From an uncultured Actinomycetota bacterium (GTDB taxonomy: Bacteria > Actinomycetota > Actinomycetes > JAHEKZ01), in contig CAVURN010000001.1 of the NCBI GenBank assembly GCA_963743915.1, positions 448,001 to 512,000 on the forward strand: a DNA stretch of 64,000 nt. The letters run 5' to 3'. Shown here one piece after another: positions 51,502 to 60,778 of this stretch (the stretch's first letter is position 1; every line of letters starts with the position of its first letter). The notes under the pieces are model-generated. The model ran no database searches, had not been told where the DNA came from, and saw only the letters and a list, made by a program, of their open reading frames with translations. Position numbers and translations under genes: made by a program.

Positions 51502-52710
51502 ATGACGGAGCCGACAGTTGTGACGGCAGCAAGTGATCGAGAGAACTCGCACGCTGGGCGCATGCTGGCCTTGGCCACCATCGGATTTGCCCTGACCTTC
51601 TGGGCCTGGGCCCTGCTGGGCCCCCTGGGCACCGCACTGCGCGAAGACCTCGGCCTTACCGCGTTCCAACAGGCCGTGCTGGTTGCCGTCCCCGTCATTG
51701 TCGGATCCCTGGGGCGCATTCCGGTCGGTGCGTTGACCGACCGCTTCGGTGCCCGCGTCATGTTCACCATGATGTCCCTGCTGACCATTCTGCCAGTGCT
51801 CTACCTGGGCTTCGTCGCAGACAGCTACGCGGAGTACCTCGTCGGTGGGTTCTTCCTGGGGCTGGGAGGGACAACGTTCGCGATCGGGATCCCGCTGGTG
51901 AACTCCTGGTTCCCACCTGAGCGACGTGGCACCGCGCTGGGGGTCTTCGGCGTTGGAATGGGGGGCACCGCGATCTCGGCATTCACGACGGTGCAACTCA
52001 CCAAGAGCATGGGGGACGGCTTTCCCTTCGCTCTGGTGGCGGTTCTGCTCGCCGGGTACTCGGTTCTCGCCTGGCTGCTGATCCGCGACCGCGCTGATCG
52101 GGTCATCGCGGCCGGTTCCATGGTCTCGCGGACCTGGAACACGCTGAGAATGCGGTCAACCATCGAGCTTGGGCTGCTGTACGCGGTCTCTTTCGGAGGG
52201 TTCGTTGCCTTCAGCGTGTATCTGCCCTCGTACCTCAAGACCGCCTACGGACTCACCCAGGGCGATGCGGCGCTCCGAACTGCTGGCTTCGTCGTGCTTG
52301 CCGTAGTCATGCGTCCGATCGGTGGCTGGCTGTCCGACCGCTCCCACCCAGTCAAGGTTCTGTCAGTGTCCTACGCACTGGCGACTGCACTGGCCGTGCT
52401 GGCCTCGCTCGAGCTCAACCTGCTGCCTCAGGGAACGGTGGCTCTCCTCGGACTCGCCGCGGTGCTCGGCCTGGGGACCGGTGGTGTCTTTGCGCTAGTG
52501 GCCCGGCTGGTACCAGTGCAGAGCGTGGGATCGGTGACCGGCGTGGTGGGGGCTGCAGGTGGGCTTGGGGGCTTCTTCCCACCGTTGGTCATGGGCGCCA
52601 TCTATGGCGCAACGGGCGACTACTCCGCCGGATTCGTGATGCTCGCCGCCACGGCACTGGTGGCGTTGCTCTACACCTGGCTGGTGATCCGGAGGCGGCT
52701 GGCAATCTGA
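51502..52710 (+). CDS. narK: Nitrate/nitrite MFS transporter (NarK2-like)
   Basis: GSLGRIPVGALTDRFG, WFPPERRGTALG..G.G.GG, FGGFVAFS, VGAAGGLGGFFPP. Confidence 0.9.
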   Translation: MTEPTVVTAASDRENSHAGRMLALATIGFALTFWAWALLGPLGTALREDLGLTAFQQAVLVAVPVIVGSLGRIPVGALTDRFGARVMFTMMSLLTILPVLYLGFVADSYAEYLVGGFFLGLGGTTFAIGIPLVNSWFPPERRGTALGVFGVGMGGTAISAFTTVQLTKSMGDGFPFALVAVLLAGYSVLAWLLIRDRADRVIAAGSMVSRTWNTLRMRSTIELGLLYAVSFGGFVAFSVYLPSYLKTAYGLTQGDAALRTAGFVVLAVVMRPIGGWLSDRSHPVKVLSVSYALATALAVLASLELNLLPQGTVALLGLAAVLGLGTGGVFALVARLVPVQSVGSVTGVVGAAGGLGGFFPPLVMGAIYGATGDYSAGFVMLAATALVALLYTWLVIRRRLAI

Positions 52711-52711
52711 C

Positions 52712-53827
52712 TCACGTCGACTGCGACGTCGGGGTGCCCCGCGGAACGGGGCTGGGCCGGCGAAAGTTGACCTGCGGCGTGCCGCGGTCCTGGAGGACAG
52801 TCCGGTAGACGTTCACCAGCATTGCCACAAACGTGAGCGCCCAGGCCGGAAATGCCACGGCGAACAACCAGAACCGGCCGATCCCCTCGACGATCGGCAG
52901 CGAGTTGGCCTGCCCGATGTAGATCCCGGCGACGGCGTACATGCCCAGCGGGAACACGATGCTCCACAGAGTGGCTTCGTAGCGCAGCGGCAGTCGATTC
53001 GACCCATGGCGCCACCAGCCAGCGGCTATCAGCGCGGGTATGAGCCACGTCGCGAAGGCCCAGAACATCACCGAAGCACCAGCAATGAGTCCCCTCGTCA
53101 CGTCGACCATGGGCGCGCTGTCCATCTCGACTATCCGGGCGCCCGCGAGAACCGTGATGGCGCAGGCCCCCATCGCCACCCAATAGGGAGGCGTGAGTTC
53201 CTCAGGCCCGAAGGGATAGAGCATCATGCGGGCAGCAACAAACACTCCAGCCGCGCCGTAGAGGAAGACCCCTACGGACCAGGCAAAGACGGCGACGACA
53301 GCAAGTTCGCGGCGCCATGAGTCCATCACCGGTTCCAGGGTCGCCGCTGCGGTGGCCACCGATTGGCTCGCGACCACCCAGATGAACCATGTGCCGTTGG
53401 CCGTTGCCACGAGAGGGCGCTCGGATCGACTCAGCACCGCGCTCCACGGAATCACATAGCCCAGGCACAGCCAAAGGAGCACCGACAGTAGAAAGAGAAT
53501 GGTCGTCGCCGCGTACCAGCCCTCGGTGCTCAGCCGCACACCGAGCACGTTGGTACCGGCAATCAGCGTGAAGAATCCGAAGGCGCGTCGCGGGTCCTGG
53601 AAGTCGTCGATCACCGCCGAGCGGAACCGGACGAAACGCCAGACATTCAGGACGAGGAGGAGTAAGTAGGCGCCGGCGGCGATTGCCATCAAGGCCAGCG
53701 ACGCGCTGCGCAGATCGAGCAGGTGCAGCCCGACGGACACGATGCCGGTTCCCATGACCAGTGCGAAGTATCCCGGAGTGAGGCCTTTGACCGCCACATC
53801 GAGCCGTGACAACTGCGACGCTTGCAT
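52712..53827 (-). CDS. Tellurite-resistance/C4-dicarboxylate (TDT/SLAC1) family transporter
   Basis: PGYFALVMGTGIVS, FGFFT.IAG, NGTWFIWVVASQS, PPYWVAMGA, WSIVFPLGMY. Confidence 0.88.
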   Translation of the reverse strand: MQASQLSRLDVAVKGLTPGYFALVMGTGIVSVGLHLLDLRSASLALMAIAAGAYLLLLVLNVWRFVRFRSAVIDDFQDPRRAFGFFTLIAGTNVLGVRLSTEGWYAATTILFLLSVLLWLCLGYVIPWSAVLSRSERPLVATANGTWFIWVVASQSVATAAATLEPVMDSWRRELAVVAVFAWSVGVFLYGAAGVFVAARMMLYPFGPEELTPPYWVAMGACAITVLAGARIVEMDSAPMVDVTRGLIAGASVMFWAFATWLIPALIAAGWWRHGSNRLPLRYEATLWSIVFPLGMYAVAGIYIGQANSLPIVEGIGRFWLFAVAFPAWALTFVAMLVNVYRTVLQDRGTPQVNFRRPSPVPRGTPTSQST

Positions 53828-53853
53828 GCACGCAGGATAGTTCGACCGGTCGG

Positions 53854-56085
53854 TCAGGGGGTGAAGCGTCGGAGCCGCAGGGAGTTGCCCATCACGAACA
53901 GGCTCGAGCAGGCCATGGCCAACCCGGCGATGATCGGGTTGAGCAGGCCGGCGGCGGCCAGGGGTATGGCGGCCACGTTGTAGGCGAAGGCCCAGAACAG
54001 GTTGCCCTTGATCGTGCGCGAGCACGCGGCGCGAGAGGGAGATGGCGTCGGGGGCGGCGCGCAGGTCACCGCGCACCAGCGTGAGGTCGCTGGCCTCCAT
54101 GGCGGCGTCGGTGCCGGTGCCCATGGCCAGACCGAGGTCGGCAGTCGCCAGCGCCGGAGCGTCGTTGACTCCGTCGCCCGACCATCGCGACGGTGCGGCC
54201 CTCGCGCCTGCAACGCGCCGGACGACGTCGACCTTGCCCTCGGGGAGCACCTCGGCGACGACCCGCTCGATGCCGACCTGCGGCGGCGACCGTGCGCGCG
54301 GTGGCCTGGCTGTCTCCGGTGAGCAGCACCGGTTCGAGCCCGAGGGATCGCAGCTCGCGCGACCGCCTCGGCGCTGGTCGGCTTGACCGTGTCGCTGACG
54401 ATGACGAGGCCCCGGACCTCGACCGTCCCAGGCGACCGCCGCGACGGTCTGCCCGGCGTGCGCCGCCACCTGCAGGTCGGACTCGAGGACATCCGGCACG
54501 TGCAAAGCCCACTCGGGCAGCCAGCTCGGGCGACCGACGACCACGGCGTGTCCGTCGACGACGCCGACGACGCCAAGGCCTCCGTGGCTGGCGAAGTCGC
54601 TGACAGGGGGGAGCGCGCCGACGACGTCCTGCGCATGCCCGGCGATCGCGCGCGCCACCGGGTGCTCGGACGCGTGCTCGACGGCGCCCGCGATACGGAG
54701 CACCTCGTGGTCGTCGGTCCCGGGGACGGACGCGACGCCCGTCACGGCCATTCGGCCGGTGGTCACGGTGCCGGTCTTGTCGAGGACCACGGTGTCCACG
54801 CGTCGCGTGGACTCCAGCACCTCGGGACCGCGGATGATGATGCCGAGCTGGGCTCCGCGCCCGGTGCCGACCAGCAGGGCCGTCGGCGTCGCGAGACCGA
54901 GGGCGCACGGGCAGGCGATGATCAGCACCGCGACGGCGGCCGTGAAGGCCTCGGACGGTCGACCCGGTCGCGACGTACCAGCCCATCCAGGTAGGGCCGC
55001 GGCGATCGCGATGACCACCGGGACGAAGACCGCGGAGACCCGGTCGGCCAGGCGCTGGACCGGTGCCTTGCCTGCCTGGGCCTGGGAGACCAGCGCGGCC
55101 ATCCGGGCGAGCTGGGTGTCGGCGCCGACTCGGGTCGCTCGCACCGTGAGGCGTCCGCCGACGTTCACCGTGGCGCCGACGACGGACTGGCGCCGGCCGA
55201 CACCTCGACCGGAACACTCTCGCCGGTCAGCATCGAGGCGTCGACGGCGGACGAGCCCTCGATCACCTCGCCGTCGGTGGCGATGCGCTCCCCGGGTCGC
55301 ACGACGAACACGTCGCCGACCACCAGCTGCTCGACCGGGATGCGCTTCTCCGCCCCGTCACGCAGGACAGAGACGTCCTTGGCGCCGAGCTGCAGCAGCG
55401 CCCGCATGGCAGCACCCGAGCGGTGCTTGGCGCGCCGCTCCAGGTAGCGGCCGGCGACGATGAACACGGTGACGACCGAGGCCACCTCGAGGTAGATCTC
55501 CTCGCCGCCGGACGCGGTGAGCGACAGCTCCATGGTCATTCCGGGCATGCCGGCATCACCGATGAACAGCGCGTAGAGCGACCAGACGTAGGCCGCCCCC
55601 ACACCCATGCTGATCAGCGTGTCCATCGTCGTGGTGCCGTGTCGCAGGTTCAGCACGGCAGCACGGTGGAAGGGCCACGCACCCCACACCACGACGGGAG
55701 AGGCCAGGGTCAGGGCCAGCCACTGCCAGTTGGTGAACTGCAGTGCGGGCACCATCGACATGAGCAGCACCGGTAGCGACAGGGCTGTCGACACCATCAG
55801 CCGCCGGCGCCAGAGCTCGGTCTCGGCGTCGGGGGCGTCGTCGTCGGCGGACCCGTTCTCCGCCTCCTGCGGCGTCGGAAGCGCGGCCTGGTACCCGAGC
55901 CGCTCGACGACGTCCACCAGGTCGTCGGTGCTGACCTCAGAGCCGTCGAGACTGACGTGGGCGATCTCGGTGGCGTAGTTGACGGTCGCCGACACGCCGT
56001 CGAGCCGGTTGAGCTTCTTCTCGATCCGGGCAGCGCAGGACGCGCAGGTCATGCCTCCGATCGCGAGCTCGACCGAGTCGCTCAT
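53854..56085 (-). CDS. copA: Copper-translocating P1B-type ATPase (multiple apparent indels)
   Basis: [54 protein letters not shown], spread across several frames. Confidence 0.85.
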
Positions 56086-56291
56086 GGCGCCAGGGCGTAG
56101 CCGGCCTCGTCGACGGCGGTCGCGACGGCCTCGCGGGGGAGGGCATCGGTGCTGACGACGGTGAGGGCACCGGTGGCCAGGTCGACCTCGACCTGTTCCA
56201 CGCCTCCGATCGCGGAGACCTCGTCGGTGACCGCCTGCACGCAATGGCCGCACGTCATGCCGGTCACGGTGTACGTCGACGTCGTCGACAT
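56082..56291 (-). CDS. copZ: Copper chaperone (HMA domain)
   Basis: VTGMTCGHCV...AVDEAGY; RBS GAGGAGG. Confidence 0.9.
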   Translation of the reverse strand: MSTTSTYTVTGMTCGHCVQAVTDEVSAIGGVEQVEVDLATGALTVVSTDALPREAVATAVDEAGYALAP

Positions 56292-56334
56292 GGGAGCCTC
56301 CTCGGTGTGCGGGCGGGCGCAGCCCACAGTCGTC

Positions 56335-56361
56335 AACGGAAGACTAGAGCCCGGTGTTCCC
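56335..56361 (-). promoter_or_regulatory. SigH/SigR-type promoter of copZA
   Basis: Minus strand (G)GGAAC-N18-GTT(G), ~45 nt upstream of copZ. Confidence 0.65.
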
Positions 56362-56363
56362 GA

Positions 56364-56747
56364 CTACGCCCCGGCGGGCTTCTCCCAGGCGCGGACGACG
56401 TCCCGCAGGGAGATGATCCCCAGGACGTCGCTGCCGTCGACCACCACGAGGTGGCGGAACCCTCCGCGGCGCATGGCTTCGGTGGCCTCATCCAGGCTCC
56501 AGTTCGGGGAGCCGTAGGCGGAGTCGGTCGTGAGGTGGTCGCCGGCCGAGCTGCCGTCGGGGTCGAGGCCGGCCGCGACGGCGCGGACGACGTCGCGCTC
56601 GGTGAGGATCCCCGGACCTGAACCGTCGGGGTCGTGCACCACCACCGACCCGATGTTGTGATCGGCCATCAGCTTGCTGGCGGCGCGGAGGGAATGACCT
56701 GGACCGATCGTCACCACATCGGTCGTCATGGCATCGGAGATGATCAT
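56364..56747 (-). CDS. CBS domain protein
   Basis: DAMTTDVVTIGPGHSL, GILTERDV, GGFRHLVV, GIISLRDVVR. Confidence 0.9.
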   Translation of the reverse strand: MIISDAMTTDVVTIGPGHSLRAASKLMADHNIGSVVVHDPDGSGPGILTERDVVRAVAAGLDPDGSSAGDHLTTDSAYGSPNWSLDEATEAMRRGGFRHLVVVDGSDVLGIISLRDVVRAWEKPAGA

Positions 56748-56825
56748 GGCGCACCCTCCTCGGGTCGAGACCCCCATCGTAGGTCGTCAGGCCGGCCCCG
56801 GGACCCGCCCTGGCAGACTGCGCGG

Positions 56826-57587
56826 GTGACTTCGCGGCTCCGCACCCCGACCGTGGTGCTGGCGTGGATCCCGGTCACGCTCTGGCTGGACCAGTTCGCG
56901 TCGCTGGGTCAGCAGCGACTGCTGGGTCTGGGCACCTGGGCGCTGCTGCTGTGGCTGCTGCGCGACGAGTCGCTTCCCGTCTGTCTGCAGACAGCAGTCG
57001 TGGTGGTCTTCGCCACCGCTGTGGAGTACACGTTCTCACCGTGGTTGGAGGTGTACACCTACCGTCTCGACAACGTCCCGGCCTTCGTGCCACCCGGGCA
57101 CGGCCTCGTGTACCTGGCCGCCCTCTGCCTGGGCCGCACGGACTTCTTCCGAAGGCACGCCCGAGGACTGGTGACGCTCACGGTCGTGCTGGGCGGGCTC
57201 TATGCCGCCTGGGGCATGAGCCCGTGGGCTCCCCGCCAGGATGTCCTGGGACTCTTCTGGTATCTGTGCCTGCTCGGCTTCCTGGCCTGGGGCCGCTCGC
57301 GACTTCTCTACGTCGGTGCCTTCGTGGTGGTGACCTACCTCGAGCTGATCGGAACGTGGATCGGCACCTGGGCCTGGCAGCCGTACGACCCGACGGGGCT
57401 GGTCAGCATGGGCAACCCGCCGAGCGGTGCTGCCGGCGGGTACGGCTGGTTCGACCTCGCTGCCATCACCCTCGCGCCCGTGCTGGTGCGGTGGTGGTCA
57501 CGCGCTCGAGGACTCCCCGAAGTGCTGGAGCAGCCCTCGGTGCAGCCGCCCGTTGGACGAGAGCGCGTTGCCACCGACCATCGGTGA
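56826..57587 (+). CDS. Multi-TM hypothetical membrane protein
   Basis: Hydrophobic; YTYRLDNVPAFVPPGHGLVY, ELIGTWIGTW.W, GNPPSG..GGY..FD. Confidence 0.75.
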   Translation: MTSRLRTPTVVLAWIPVTLWLDQFASLGQQRLLGLGTWALLLWLLRDESLPVCLQTAVVVVFATAVEYTFSPWLEVYTYRLDNVPAFVPPGHGLVYLAALCLGRTDFFRRHARGLVTLTVVLGGLYAAWGMSPWAPRQDVLGLFWYLCLLGFLAWGRSRLLYVGAFVVVTYLELIGTWIGTWAWQPYDPTGLVSMGNPPSGAAGGYGWFDLAAITLAPVLVRWWSRARGLPEVLEQPSVQPPVGRERVATDHR

Positions 57588-58334
57588 CCGACCGTCGAGT
57601 GCGGTGATCGCACCACCCGCCTCCTCGACGACCGGGATCAGCGCCGCCATGTCCCACCCGCTCAGCTCAGGCTCGACGGCCACGTCGACCGACCCCTCGG
57701 CCACCATCATGTGCGACCAGAAGTCGCCGTAGGCCCGTGACCGCCACGCGCGGCGGAGGAGGTCGTCGACGGCTCGACGTCGCCCGCCGACCTCCCACGC
57801 GGGGTCGTTCCACTCCGAGAACGACACCGAGGCGTCACCCAGCTCCGTGACGCCGGAGACGGCGATCCGTCGGGCCCCGTCACCGGCGTCCAGCCAGGCG
57901 CCGCCGCCGCGCGCCGCCCACCACCGTCGACCGAGCGCCGGAGCGCTCACCACACCCACGACGACATCGTCCGAGCGCTGACTCGGGGCGTTGACGGTGA
58001 GCGCGATGAGGGTGGCCCACACCGGTACCCCGCGGACGTAGTTCTTGGTTCCGTCGATCGGGTCGAGCACCCAGTGCCGGTCCGACTCACCAGAGACTCC
58101 GTACTCCTCGCCCATCACGGCATCTCCGGGGCGCGCGTCGGCGAGCTCGGCCCGCAGGCGGACCTCGGTGGCCTGGTCGGCGTCCGACACCGGCGTGAGG
58201 TCGGGCTTGGTCTCCACGCGAAGGTCGAGCGAGCCGAACCGCTCCAGCGTGAGGGCGTCCGCGACGTCGGCGAGGGCGAGCGCCAGCGCCAGGTCGTCGG
58301 CCCACGGCGAGCCGCTCCACGGTGCGTCGGTCAC
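57498..58334 (-). CDS. hisN: Histidinol-phosphatase (inositol monophosphatase family)
   Basis: KPDLTPVSDAD, GEE, DPIDGTKNYVRGVPVWATLI, YGDFWSHM, WDMAA. Confidence 0.9.
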   Translation of the reverse strand: MTDAPWSGSPWADDLALALALADVADALTLERFGSLDLRVETKPDLTPVSDADQATEVRLRAELADARPGDAVMGEEYGVSGESDRHWVLDPIDGTKNYVRGVPVWATLIALTVNAPSQRSDDVVVGVVSAPALGRRWWAARGGGAWLDAGDGARRIAVSGVTELGDASVSFSEWNDPAWEVGGRRRAVDDLLRRAWRSRAYGDFWSHMMVAEGSVDVAVEPELSGWDMAALIPVVEEAGGAITALDGRSPMVGGNALSSNGRLHRGLLQHFGESSSA

Positions 58335-58426
58335 GGCGGCAGCCTAACCACGCAAAAGGTGTTCCCGGCCGGAGCACTCGGGCTAGCCTGCGCAAGGGCG
58401 CGTCCGACGCGCCGGGAGGGGCGTCG

Positions 58427-58915
58427 ATGCCCGAGACGGTCTTCGGTCTGCCGTTGCACCCGCTGGTCGTGCACGGCGCCGTCGTGCTGGTCCCGGTCGC
58501 CGCCATCCTCACGATCCTCATCGCCGTGAGCCAGGACCGTCGGACCCGTTGGGGCTCGTTGACGTGGCTGCTGACGACGGCCGCACTGGGCGCGACGATC
58601 GTCGCCAAGCTCACCGGCGACGAGCTCGGGCAGACGCGTTATGGCGACGTGCTCCCGATCAAGACGGCTGAGCACGGCGGGCACGGGACGACCGCAGTCT
58701 GGTTCACCCTCGGGCTCTGGCTGGCGGTGACGGCACTGCTGCTCGTCGACCTCGACCGCCGTCGCCGGCAGGGGTACGGCAGCCCGGTGCTCGTCACGAC
58801 TGTCGCGGTGGCCGCCATCATCGCGGCGATGGCAGCCACCGGCCAGGTGGTGCTGACGGGGTGGACGGGCGCGGAGAACCAGTGGGGAACCACCCAGGAG
58901 TTAGCGCCCGGTTAA
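58427..58915 (+). CDS. DUF2231-like membrane protein, copy 1
   Basis: GLPLHPLVVH..VVLVP; four TM segments; ends TGWTGA..QWG. Confidence 0.78.
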   Translation: MPETVFGLPLHPLVVHGAVVLVPVAAILTILIAVSQDRRTRWGSLTWLLTTAALGATIVAKLTGDELGQTRYGDVLPIKTAEHGGHGTTAVWFTLGLWLAVTALLLVDLDRRRRQGYGSPVLVTTVAVAAIIAAMAATGQVVLTGWTGAENQWGTTQELAPG

Positions 58916-58978
58916 GGAACCGCTGTGCCGACGCAGTGCTCCTTGCCCGGCGACCCGAAAGGTGGATGAATCCCTCCC

Positions 58979-59431
58979 ATGCCGGAAACCCTTGGGGGCA
59001 TCCCCGTCCACCCGCTCGTCGTGCACGCTGTCGTCGTCCTCATCCCGCTGGCTGCGCTCGGCGTCATGGCGATCTCGGTGGTCCCACGTTGGCGCGAACG
59101 GTTCGGCGTCCTGGTGGTGGCTGCGGCCGCCGTCTCCACGGCTCTGGTGCCCCTGGCGACCGAGAGCGGTGAGACTCTCGAGGAGACGGTGGGCGAGAGC
59201 GCTCAGCTCGAGCGGCACGCCGAGCTCGGCGAGGGGATGATCTGGGGGGCCATCCCCCTGCTGGTGATCGCGGTCGCCCTGTGGTGGCTCGGCAGGCAGG
59301 CAGGCAAGGACCAGCCGCCCCCGCGATGGCTGACCATCATCGTCCCCATTCTCGGCGTCGTCGTCGCGGCCGTCGCGCTGGTGCAGGTGGTGCTGATCGG
59401 GCACAGCGGAGCCAAGTCCGTCTGGGGTTAG
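58979..59431 (+). CDS. DUF2231-like membrane protein, copy 2
   Basis: GIPVHPLVVHAVVVLIP, HAELG, IGHSGAKSVWG. Confidence 0.82.
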   Translation: MPETLGGIPVHPLVVHAVVVLIPLAALGVMAISVVPRWRERFGVLVVAAAAVSTALVPLATESGETLEETVGESAQLERHAELGEGMIWGAIPLLVIAVALWWLGRQAGKDQPPPRWLTIIVPILGVVVAAVALVQVVLIGHSGAKSVWG

Positions 59432-59445
59432 CGCTCACCCAGAAG

Positions 59446-59467
59446 TGTCAGTGGTGGGTGGCAAAGT
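59446..59467 (+). promoter_or_regulatory. PafBC/RecA-NDp-type promoter of DUF222-HNH copy 2
   Basis: TGTCAG-TGGTGGGTGG-CAAAGT, 6 nt before ATG. Confidence 0.7.
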
Positions 59468-59473
59468 GCCGGT

Positions 59474-60775
59474 ATGAGCGTGACGGCAGACACTGCGACG
59501 GAGGCCCCGACGGGTGAGCTTCTGCTCGGCGTGCGGGAGCTCATCGCGCTTCAGACCCCCGTCGCAAGCCAGAGCGAGGGCGCCCTGGAACAGCAGCTTC
59601 TCGACCTCGAGCGGGCGGCGAGCTCGTTGGCCGCTCAGCAGGCCCGCGTGATCGCGGAGCTGGACGCGAGGGCGCGTTCTGCTGATGAAGCTGAGCGTCT
59701 CGAGCCGAGATCGGTGTTCCCTGCCGGACGGTCGGAGTTCGTGGCCGACCACGTTGCGGTGGTGCTGTCGTGCACGAAGGCCGCGGCTGGTCGTCGTTAC
59801 GACACCGCCGTCGAGGCGGTCCGGCTGCCCTCCTTGATGGCCGTGTGGTCGGCAGGGCGCATCGACGAGCGCAAGGTTGCGGTGATTGTCGACGGGTTGC
59901 GTGATGTCGACCCTGTGTTCTCCGATGCCCTTGCCACCGAGGCTGCTCGGCACGCGACCGAGCGAACTGCCCCACAACTGCGTGCTTGGCTCGCTCGTCG
60001 AGTGATCGCCGCGGACCCAGGTGGCGCCAAGCTGCGCCATGCTCGAGCCAGCTCCGGGCGTCGCGTCACTCTCACCCCGCTGGCTGATGGCATGGCGGAA
60101 GTCGCTGCCTTGTTGCCCGCCGTCCAGGCGCGCCAGCTCTACGACACTGTGAACGCCGTCGCGTACGACGCCGGGGCAGGTGATGCCCGCACCGCCGACC
60201 AGCGTCGTGCAGACGCGCTGATGGATCTCGTGTGCGGTCGCGCTGACCCTCCACGCATTCAGCTGCAGGTCACGGTGCCTTCGGACACTCTCCTCGGTGA
60301 GGCGGCCCAGCCCGGCTGGCTCGCTGGCGTTGGTCCGATCACGGCTGATGACGCACTGGCACTGGCTGGCGCCGATGAGGCAACGTGGCGCCGACTGCTG
60401 ACCGATCCCGAGACGGGCACCCTCACCGACCTGTCCGAGACCACGTACCGGCCGTCACGCCGGCTCGATCGGGCGGTGCGTTCCCGCGACCAGATCTGTC
60501 GGTTCCCGGGGTGCCGTCGCCCCGCCGCCACCACCGCGTCGGGGACTGACGTCGACCACACCACACCGTGGCCGCGAGGGACCACCGCGGCGTCGAACCT
60601 GGCAGTGCTCTGTCGTCACCATCACCGTCTCAAGCACGCCCCGGGGTGGCGGGTGGAGCATCATCCGGGCGGCACCTTGACGTGGACCACCCCCGGCGGT
60701 CGGACCCTGACCACGAGTCCCTGGGTCTACACCGACGTCCAGGATCCCGACCCGCCTCCGGATCGCTGGCCATGA
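59474..60775 (+). CDS. DUF222 (13E12-repeat-like) HNH endonuclease, copy 2
   Basis: DQRRADAL, RSRDQICRFPGC, DVDHTTPW, NLAVLCRHHHRLKH, WTTPGG. Confidence 0.9.
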   Translation: MSVTADTATEAPTGELLLGVRELIALQTPVASQSEGALEQQLLDLERAASSLAAQQARVIAELDARARSADEAERLEPRSVFPAGRSEFVADHVAVVLSCTKAAAGRRYDTAVEAVRLPSLMAVWSAGRIDERKVAVIVDGLRDVDPVFSDALATEAARHATERTAPQLRAWLARRVIAADPGGAKLRHARASSGRRVTLTPLADGMAEVAALLPAVQARQLYDTVNAVAYDAGAGDARTADQRRADALMDLVCGRADPPRIQLQVTVPSDTLLGEAAQPGWLAGVGPITADDALALAGADEATWRRLLTDPETGTLTDLSETTYRPSRRLDRAVRSRDQICRFPGCRRPAATTASGTDVDHTTPWPRGTTAASNLAVLCRHHHRLKHAPGWRVEHHPGGTLTWTTPGGRTLTTSPWVYTDVQDPDPPPDRWP

Positions 60776-60778
60776 CCG

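Noticed and set aside
52712-55168. 818-aa ATPase-TDT transporter fusion ORF
   Set aside because: The joining segment is out-of-frame copA sequence; this is an artefact of indels and stop-poor high-GC DNA.
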